From positions 1 to 32,118 of the forward strand of contig JAIYBO010000020.1 of NCBI GenBank assembly GCA_027488495.1: a stretch of 32,118 bases of DNA, in the 5' to 3' direction. Below, in pieces: positions 25,917 through 32,118 of this stretch; the first letter of the stretch is position 1; each line of letters starts with the position of its first letter. The translations under genes and the position numbers were made by a program. The stretch is from Bacteroidota bacterium (lineage in GTDB: Bacteria > Bacteroidota > Bacteroidia > NS11-12g > UBA955). Below the pieces are notes generated by a model. That model did not search any database. It was not told where the DNA came from and was given only the letters and a program-made list of their open reading frames with translations.

Positions 25917-26594
25917 TTATTTGTTCAATTCACCCATCAAACCTTTGAGGCGATAGATGTATTTCTCTGCTTCCTGACCTTCACGTGTAGCACCAAATTT
26001 GCTATCCAAGGTTTCGTAACAAGATAGGGCTGATGAGTAATCTTTCACCAATTCATAATGAACAGCAGCCTTTTGATAATAAGAACTTGTGTATTCGTTG
26101 TCACCCAATTTGGCGGCCTTTTCATACAAGTCAGCGGCTTTGTCTAATTTTCCCAAACCACTGTAGCAGGCTGCTTTAGCGGCAATGGTAGAAGGTCCTA
26201 AAATTGCATCTCCACCAGAAAAATTATCCAAATGATCCAATGCCTTTTGGTATTCACCTTTTTTAAGGAAAGATAAACCAGCCATCAAGTGGGCTTCTTT
26301 TCCTTTTTTGGTGAAACTGTATTTGCTAGAAAGCTCGACAGCCGACATGATTTTGTTGGCTTTGTCGCCTTTCAATACAACGTCCAAAGAATCGGTTTTG
26401 AAGTAATGCCACAATTTGGCAAATTTCACTTCAGCCTCTTTTTCTTGACTTGGTACGTAAAATTGGAACCAATATATGGCACCACCCACTATCAAAATCA
26501 ACGCCAAACCAATGGTTTGAATGCGTTTGGTATTTAATTGGTAATAGTTTTTGATCGTTGTTTGTGCCGATGCAATGCTTTCTTTAATGTTCAT
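25917..26594 (-). CDS. Membrane-anchored tetratricopeptide repeat protein (YfgM-like)
   Basis: N-terminal TM segment followed by TPR helices; upstream of ribH as is common in Bacteroidota. Confidence 0.82.
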   Translation of the reverse strand: MNIKESIASAQTTIKNYYQLNTKRIQTIGLALILIVGGAIYWFQFYVPSQEKEAEVKFAKLWHYFKTDSLDVVLKGDKANKIMSAVELSSKYSFTKKGKEAHLMAGLSFLKKGEYQKALDHLDNFSGGDAILGPSTIAAKAACYSGLGKLDKAADLYEKAAKLGDNEYTSSYYQKAAVHYELVKDYSSALSCYETLDSKFGATREGQEAEKYIYRLKGLMGELNK

Positions 26595-26633
26595 AAATCA
26601 AATTAGAGGGCGCGAATATAAGAAATTTCGTGA

Positions 26634-27620
26634 TTAGTCTGTAATGTATGGGTAGTCGTTTTCAATGTAAACATCCGTAAATAACTCAGATGCGTCTGGA
26701 TAGGCTGAATTTTCTGCGAATTCTACGCTGGCATTCACCAATGTGATGATTTCATCTTCCATCGCGTCAAGTTCCTTTTCACTGGCATATTTTTTCGACA
26801 AAATGGTCGCCTTTGTGGTTTCCAATGGATCTTTGGTTTTGTAATCAGCGACTTCTTCCTTGGTTCTGTAACTCGCTGGGTCACTCATACTGTGTCCACG
26901 GTAACGATATGTTTTGATTTCCAAGAAAACAGGTCCTTTGCCAGATCTAGCATGTTCACAAGCATTGTAAATCGCTTCATGAACCGTTTCACATTTCATA
27001 CCATCCACTTGGAAACTTGGCATATCATACCCCAAACCGATTTTATAAATATCCAATAAGTTTGTTGTTCTCTCTACACTGGTTCCCATTGCATACTGAT
27101 TGTTTTCACAAATGAATACAACTGGTAGTTTCCACAACATGGCCATATTGTATGCTTCATGCAATGCACCTTGTCTTGCAGCACCATCGCCAAAGAAGGT
27201 TAAACTCACATTCCCTGTATTGTTGTATTGTTCAGCAAATGCCAAGCCAGCACCCATTGGAATTTGAGCACCCACAATACCATGTCCACCCACAAAGTTG
27301 TGTTCCTTAGAAAACATGTGCATTGATCCGCCTTTTCCACCAGTACATCCCGTTTCTTTACCGTACAATTCAGCCATCACAGCGTTTGCACTGACACCCA
27401 TTGCCAAAGCATGACCATGATCGCGATATGCGGTAATCACTTTGTCGCCTTTCTTAATGGCGGTCATCATTCCAGCAGTAATGGCTTCCTGACCAATGTA
27501 TAAGTGGCAAAATCCTTTGATTTTTTGCTGCCCGTACAATTGTGCCGCTTTTTCTTCGAAACGACGTTGTAACAGGATGCTTCTGTACCAATTGAGATAT
27601 TCTTTCTTACCGAATTTCAT
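26634..27620 (-). CDS. pdhA: Pyruvate dehydrogenase E1 alpha subunit
   Basis: KIKGFCHLYIGQEA, GKGGSMHMF, TPP motif GDGA..NN and TYRYRGHSMSDP. Confidence 0.97.
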   Translation of the reverse strand: MKFGKKEYLNWYRSILLQRRFEEKAAQLYGQQKIKGFCHLYIGQEAITAGMMTAIKKGDKVITAYRDHGHALAMGVSANAVMAELYGKETGCTGGKGGSMHMFSKEHNFVGGHGIVGAQIPMGAGLAFAEQYNNTGNVSLTFFGDGAARQGALHEAYNMAMLWKLPVVFICENNQYAMGTSVERTTNLLDIYKIGLGYDMPSFQVDGMKCETVHEAIYNACEHARSGKGPVFLEIKTYRYRGHSMSDPASYRTKEEVADYKTKDPLETTKATILSKKYASEKELDAMEDEIITLVNASVEFAENSAYPDASELFTDVYIENDYPYITD

Positions 27621-27641
27621 TTGCTTCTAATAAAGTGAGCG

Positions 27642-27649
27642 CAAAAATA
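27642..27649 (-). promoter_or_regulatory. Bacteroidota -7 element (TATTTTTG) for pdhA
   Basis: Exact TAnnTTTG on the minus strand, ending 21 nt before ATG 27620. Confidence 0.6.
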
Positions 27650-27703
27650 AAACGAAACCTTGGATTCTGAATCATTTACACCAAAGTAAATGCTCAATAT
27701 CAC

Positions 27704-28522
27704 TTAAATCTTCTCTTCGATGTTCTTCACTTTGTCTTTGATCAATCCGATTTCTCTTTGAATCATCCGAATCGCTGGACCAATGTCATTACTTTCTGTT
27801 GCTGTGGGCTCTTCGAATTTGGGATTGATGTAGTTTACAAATTTCCAGATCTCCAAAATATCATCTACTTTCACCGTATACGGGCTATACAACGTATTGG
27901 TGCTGCACAGCAAAAATGTACCGTCTTCCTCAATGCGATTGTACAACACTTTAAATACGATGCCATCGTCTTGGGTAATCACGATATATGGATGCCCGTT
28001 GCGGACCAAGTTCCAATCTTGTACATATTCACCCGTGACAAAAGCACCATCCGATACAGGTGGCATGCTGTCGCCTGAAATTGGGAAACTTCTGTATTTT
28101 CTGTTTGCCGATAAAAAGGGGAGATTGAATGCTGGTAAGGTCTTGATATAGTCGGGGTCTGCATAGCCCGTGGTGTAACCCGCTTTGGCCTTCACTGAAA
28201 CCAATTCGATGTTCTCTTCATTCTCTGAATTGATGGTTGTGGCCAATACCCTCAATCGTGTGCCAGATAAGTCTAAATCAAATCCTTTCTCCAATTGTGA
28301 CAGTTGAAGCTCATTTAATTTGCCCAAGTCAATCCTTAACAGTTTGTCGATGTTGATTTGAAAAAATTCAGACAGACGTATCAGAATTTGAATACCCGGT
28401 TCCGCCACGCCATTTTCATAACTGTTGTAAGCCGAACGAGTGAGCAATAGGCTTTTGGCAACGTCTTCTTGACTTCTTTTGCGACGCTTTCTGAGTAGTT
28501 TGAGGTTTTCTTTGAGATACAT
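27704..28522 (-). CDS. XRE HTH + S24 autopeptidase repressor (Bacteroidota non-canonical LexA-like)
   Basis: HTH SQEDVAKSLLLTRSAYNSYENG, Ala-Gly site KAKAGY, catalytic Ser in GDSMPP and Lys in IVFKVL. Start set at ATG 28522. Confidence 0.9.
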   Translation of the reverse strand: MYLKENLKLLRKRRKRSQEDVAKSLLLTRSAYNSYENGVAEPGIQILIRLSEFFQINIDKLLRIDLGKLNELQLSQLEKGFDLDLSGTRLRVLATTINSENEENIELVSVKAKAGYTTGYADPDYIKTLPAFNLPFLSANRKYRSFPISGDSMPPVSDGAFVTGEYVQDWNLVRNGHPYIVITQDDGIVFKVLYNRIEEDGTFLLCSTNTLYSPYTVKVDDILEIWKFVNYINPKFEEPTATESNDIGPAIRMIQREIGLIKDKVKNIEEKI

Positions 28523-28644
28523 TGTTAAAAAATTTGACAACTTAATGATTGGTAAATGAACAACATTTTTTTCGAATTGTCAAGTTTGTTGATTTTTTAT
28601 TGTCATTTTTTTTAGCACATCGAAAATTGTCTATAAATTGGTGA
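28521..28644. promoter_or_regulatory. Array of candidate operators, consensus TGTCAA-N5-TTGACA
   Basis: 28523-28539 TGTTAA-aaaat-TTGACA; 28578-28594 TGTCAA-gtttg-TTGATT; 28601-28617 TGTCAT-ttttt-TTAGCA; 28628-28644 TGTCTA-taaat-TGGTGA. Confidence 0.6.
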
Positions 28645-28663
28645 TTCAATATTTTGATCGCGG

Positions 28664-28694
28664 TTTGTGATTCATTGGGTTTACCATTACTTTG
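28664..28694 (+). promoter_or_regulatory. Putative promoter of the EVE-pyrR-pyrB operon (-33 TTTG / -7 TTACTTTG)
   Basis: TTTG at 28664-28667, 19-nt spacer, TTACTTTG at 28687-28694, ATG at 28700. Confidence 0.5.
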
Positions 28695-28699
28695 TAACT

Positions 28700-29113
28700 A
28701 TGAACTTCTGGCTGATCAAATCAGAGCCCTTCAAATACAGTTGGCAGCAATTTCAAAAAGACCAGCAAACATTTTGGGATGGTGTTCGTAATTACCAAGC
28801 TCGCAACAATTTGATGGCTATGGAATTGGGCGATTTGTGCTTGTTTTATCATAGCAACGAAGGCAAAGAAGTTGTGGGTGTTGCAGAGGTGGTTAAAACG
28901 CATTATCCAGACCCAACCACGGATGAAACCGCTTGGGTAGTTGTGGATTTGAAGCCTTCTTACCAGTTGAAAACACCTGTTTCATTGTCAACCATGAAAT
29001 CTGATCCGCGATTGTCGTCTATCGGTCTGATAAAGCAACCCAGATTATCTGTGATTGCGTTAACGAAAGACGAATTTGATACCGTAATTTTGTTGTCCAA
29101 TGAGCCAGCCTAA
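28700..29113 (+). CDS. EVE domain protein
   Basis: WLIKSEP, WDGVRNYQARN, FYHS, YPDPT and QPRLSV motifs. Start set at ATG 28700. Confidence 0.95.
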   Translation: MNFWLIKSEPFKYSWQQFQKDQQTFWDGVRNYQARNNLMAMELGDLCLFYHSNEGKEVVGVAEVVKTHYPDPTTDETAWVVVDLKPSYQLKTPVSLSTMKSDPRLSSIGLIKQPRLSVIALTKDEFDTVILLSNEPA

Positions 29114-29642
29114 ATTGCTCATAAGCACCCTGAAACTCAACCTCATTATCAAGAGGTTTGCATTGCAATTGATTGAAATGCATGGGGATTTTTCCAATTC
29201 TGCCATCATCGGTTTGCAGCCAAGAGGCATCAAATTAGCCAAAAAATTGGCAGATGTAATCTCTGAAATTCAACCCTCTTCATTGCTGAAATATGGGGAG
29301 TTGGATCACACTTTCTTCAGGGACGATATCGGAAGAGGTGAAATTTTTATGCCGAAAAAATCATCAATCAATTTTTCAACGGAGAACTTAAATATCATTT
29401 TAATCGATGACGTGCTTTACACCGGCAGAAGTGTTAGGGCTTCCATCGATGCATTGATGAGCTTTGGTCGTCCAAAACAGGTAGAATTAATGGTTTTGGT
29501 TGATCGAAGATTTCAAAGAGAACTGCCCATATCGCCCAATTATGTTGGGGTGGTGGTGGATTCAAGAAGCACCGGTGAACATGTCAAAGTAGAATGGACC
29601 GATGATGTACAACAAGTTTGGTTATTAAGCAACAAAGAATGA
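29100..29642 (+). CDS. pyrR: Bifunctional pyr regulator / uracil phosphoribosyltransferase PyrR
   Basis: IGLQPRG, LDHTFFRDD, PRPP loop IDDVLYTGRSVRA, and GRP..LVDRR..RELPI. Confidence 0.93.
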   Translation: MSQPKLLISTLKLNLIIKRFALQLIEMHGDFSNSAIIGLQPRGIKLAKKLADVISEIQPSSLLKYGELDHTFFRDDIGRGEIFMPKKSSINFSTENLNIILIDDVLYTGRSVRASIDALMSFGRPKQVELMVLVDRRFQRELPISPNYVGVVVDSRSTGEHVKVEWTDDVQQVWLLSNKE

Positions 29643-30568
29643 CAGCGCAGCCACCCATAAAACATTTGTTAGGTATTAAGGGATTGAATGCGTCGCACAT
29701 TCAAACCATTTTTGAAACCGCCGACAATTTTAAAACATTGCTCAACAGTCCGGTAAAAAAAACGCCGGCATTGCGCGATATCACCATCGCCAATTTGTTT
29801 TTTGAGAACTCTACCAGAACCAGGGTCTCATTTGAATTGGCAGAAAAACGTTTGGGCGCTGATATAATCAATTTTTCTAGTTCCTCATCCAGCGTAAAAA
29901 AGGGGGAAACTCTCATCGATACGGTAAATAATATCTTGTCGATGAAAGTGGATATGGTGGTAATGAGACACCCCGCACCAGGCGCATGTATGTTTCTGGC
30001 CAAACACATTGATGCACAAATAGTGAATGCCGGAGATGGCACGCATGAACACCCCACGCAAGCATTGCTAGATGCCTTTTCTATTCGTGAGCAATTTGGT
30101 GATGTTGCAGGTAAAAAAGTGGTTATCGTTGGTGATATCCTTCATTCCCGAGTGGCGTTAAGTAATATTTATTGTTTGCAACTGTTGGGCGCGGAAGTGA
30201 TGGTTTGCGGACCAGCAACGTTGATTCCCAAGCACATCGCAAATTTGGGAGTAAAAGTGAGTCACAACCTCCAAGAAGCTTTGAATTGGTGCGATGTAGC
30301 CAATATGTTGCGGATTCAATTAGAACGACAAGATCAAAGATATTTTCCATCATTGAAAGAATATTCGAATCTGTACGGTTTAACAATGGACAAACTGAAT
30401 CGGCTGAACAAAGAAATTTGTGTGATGCACCCGGGTCCAATCAATCGCGGCGTAGAAATTAGCAGTGATGTGGCCGATAGCGATCAAAGTATTATACTGC
30501 AACAAGTTGAAAATGGTGTTGCCATAAGAATGGCGGTTCTCTTTTTGCTTGGACAGCAGCGATTATAA
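29639..30568 (+). CDS. pyrB: Aspartate carbamoyltransferase catalytic subunit
   Basis: FFENSTRTR.SF, NAGDGTHEHPTQALLD, GDILHSRVA.SN and MHPGPINRGVE. Start set at ATG 29639 (ATGA overlap with pyrR). Confidence 0.97.
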   Translation: MTAQPPIKHLLGIKGLNASHIQTIFETADNFKTLLNSPVKKTPALRDITIANLFFENSTRTRVSFELAEKRLGADIINFSSSSSSVKKGETLIDTVNNILSMKVDMVVMRHPAPGACMFLAKHIDAQIVNAGDGTHEHPTQALLDAFSIREQFGDVAGKKVVIVGDILHSRVALSNIYCLQLLGAEVMVCGPATLIPKHIANLGVKVSHNLQEALNWCDVANMLRIQLERQDQRYFPSLKEYSNLYGLTMDKLNRLNKEICVMHPGPINRGVEISSDVADSDQSIILQQVENGVAIRMAVLFLLGQQRL

Positions 30569-30577
30569 TTGAAAAGA

Positions 30578-31621
30578 ATGACAGAAATCAACAATTGCAA
30601 TCCTATCCTCGTTGAAAATATTCGCGGCGAGGTTGTAGAGAGTTTTCATAGAGGTTCGTTTTGTGTAGTAGATAAGGCAGGACAAATTTTATGGTCACAA
30701 GGCGATATTTCGCAAGTTTCCTTTCCTCGATCAGCCCTAAAGTATTTTCAGCACATTCCATTTTTGCTCTCAGGTGGATTTGATTCATTTGGATTTTCCG
30801 ATAAAGAATTGGCAATTATGTGTGCATCCCACAATGGGGAAGACATGCACCTTGAAGCCGTTGATGTAGTGCTTGATCGAATCAAACTCGATGTCACTTC
30901 TTTGAAGTGTGGGCCTCAGCAACCAACAAGAAAAAGTGATTTTGTTTCTCTCATAAAGGCCAACAAGGAACCTTCGTGCATGCACAATAATTGCAGCGGA
31001 AAACATGCAGGTTTTTTAGCTCATTGTGCTTTTAATCAATTGGATACGATTGATTATTTGTCCGTTGAACATCCCTTACATCAGGACATTAAACGAATTA
31101 CAGCTCTCTTTTATGAGATCAACGAGGATGAATTGGCTATTGGTACAGATGGATGTTCAGCGCCCATTTTTGGGATGCCTTTATACAACCAGGCGATTGC
31201 CTATAAGAATTTGGTAACAGATATGCCATGGAAAGATGAGGCGATGGCTTCGGCCTGTGATAGAATCGTGAAATCAGTTACCCATTACCCAGACTTGATT
31301 GCGGGTACCAAGAGGTATTGCACGGATCTTATGAAGGTTACCAACGGGAGGATTGTAGGAAAAACTGGTGCCGACGGCATTTATTGCTTAGCGGTGCCTC
31401 ACCTAAATTGGGGCATTGCCATTAAAATTGATGATGGTAAAATGGGACCCCAGTATCAAGTGGCCCAAGAAATACTCATACAATTGGGCCTGCTCACGAA
31501 CATCGAAGCAGAACAATTGAAAGTACATTGGCATTGTGATAATAGAAATTTCGCAGGCAATTATGTTGGAATATCCAAAGCCGTTGAATTACTTTGTCCA
31601 TCCGCAATCAAACAATCGTAA
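30578..31621 (+). CDS. L-asparaginase II family (class 3, Rhizobium etli-type)
   Basis: RGEVVESFHRG, PRSALK, ASHNGE, HNNCSGKH, DGCSAP, KTGADG and GIAIKIDDG. Start ATG 30578 (or TTG 30569). Confidence 0.9.
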   Translation: MTEINNCNPILVENIRGEVVESFHRGSFCVVDKAGQILWSQGDISQVSFPRSALKYFQHIPFLLSGGFDSFGFSDKELAIMCASHNGEDMHLEAVDVVLDRIKLDVTSLKCGPQQPTRKSDFVSLIKANKEPSCMHNNCSGKHAGFLAHCAFNQLDTIDYLSVEHPLHQDIKRITALFYEINEDELAIGTDGCSAPIFGMPLYNQAIAYKNLVTDMPWKDEAMASACDRIVKSVTHYPDLIAGTKRYCTDLMKVTNGRIVGKTGADGIYCLAVPHLNWGIAIKIDDGKMGPQYQVAQEILIQLGLLTNIEAEQLKVHWHCDNRNFAGNYVGISKAVELLCPSAIKQS

Positions 31622-31624
31622 ATC

Positions 31625-31918
31625 ATGGCCTTGTTTCTAGTTGAAAGTGAAATCCCGAGAATGGACGAGTCTTTGGCTCGATTAATTCCCAAACAAAGAG
31701 AATATGTGGACGAACTTTTTCAACGGGGTGTGATGCAGATGTATGCAGTGAATGATGGCATCGATAAATGGTGGTGCACCATTGAAGCAGATACCGAATC
31801 AGATGTGATGTTGATACTTTCTGAAATGCCCATCATTGAGTGGTTGAGTCCGGAAGTACATGGTTTGATGTTTTACAATTCAGCCGACCAGATGATTCCT
31901 CCCATATCTTTGAATTAG
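31625..31918 (+). CDS. Muconolactone isomerase-like / dimeric alpha-beta barrel small protein
   Basis: LIPKQRE.VDEL...G....Y.......WW....ADTE.DV...L..MP pattern; 97 aa. Confidence 0.65.
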   Translation: MALFLVESEIPRMDESLARLIPKQREYVDELFQRGVMQMYAVNDGIDKWWCTIEADTESDVMLILSEMPIIEWLSPEVHGLMFYNSADQMIPPISLN

Positions 31919-31919
31919 A

Positions 31920-32118
31920 ATGACCCCAATCAAAAAATATGTAGGATTATTCCTAATTGTGAACGGACTAACGTTCAATCAAGTTTTTTGTCAGTATAAA
32001 ACCTATCAGCCAGGATCAATCCAAGAGTCCTATTTGTTGATGAGCAACAAAGACGCGATCAATGGTTTTCGATTTTATCCGCAAACCAGAGAATTATTGA
32101 ACTTGGTAACCCAAACCC
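31920..32118 (+). CDS. Partial hypothetical secreted protein (runs off window end)
   Basis: Hand-translated: MTPIKKYVGLFLIVNGLTFNQVFCQYKTYQPGSIQESYLLMSNKDAINGFRFYPQTRELLNLVTQT, open to the edge. Signal-peptide-like start, 1 nt after the upstream stop. Confidence 0.6.
   Translation, partial: MTPIKKYVGLFLIVNGLTFNQVFCQYKTYQPGSIQESYLLMSNKDAINGFRFYPQTRELLNLVTQT

Noticed and set aside
27704-28522. CI-like repressor as a sign of a prophage
   Set aside because: Flanked by pdhA and EVE/pyr genes, with no integrase, cro or structural genes.
28687-28697. TTAC-N3-GTAA palindrome as an operator
   Set aside because: Single copy that coincides with the -7 element; the same TTACTTTG occurs at dnaX without the palindrome.
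1-32118. tRNA, rRNA, riboswitch (e.g. FMN before ribH), CRISPR, IS or defence system
   Set aside because: Intergenic gaps are all under about 180 nt and show no such structure; ribH has only an 8-nt gap upstream; no transposase or nuclease motifs were seen.

Overview
Gene-dense, mostly housekeeping stretch of a Bacteroidota chromosome. The assignment rests on TAnnTTTG -7 promoter elements, a T9SS type-B C-terminal domain protein, and Bacteroidota-type ccm, HYC_CC_PP and non-canonical LexA genes. About 34 CDSs are present: a partial S9-like peptidase, dapD, a GT4 glycosyltransferase, a BBP2-like porin, a T9SS-B surface protein, MarC, an SDR, a redoxin, dnaX, proline dehydrogenase, ccmC-D-E-F, a DUF2520 reductase, a HYC_CC_PP/HMA/TonB-receptor metal module, an APC permease, DciA, YihY, a thioesterase, a methyltransferase-like protein, DUF349, ribH, a TPR protein, pdhA, an XRE-S24 repressor, EVE, pyrR, pyrB, a class-3 asparaginase, an MIase-like protein and a partial secreted protein. 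I saw no rRNA, tRNA, CRISPR array or mobile element. The best leads are: (1) an A10 run in dnaX with early stops in both alternative frames (candidate tau/gamma recoding); (2) an array of TGTCAA-N5-TTGACA-like palindromes upstream of the LexA-like repressor (candidate SOS-box variant); (3) a CcmC carrying a ~150-aa Ig-like insertion; (4) a Cys-rich metal-uptake triad; and (5) an unrecognised N-terminal domain on the T9SS substrate. All family calls are from motif recognition by eye; no searches were run.
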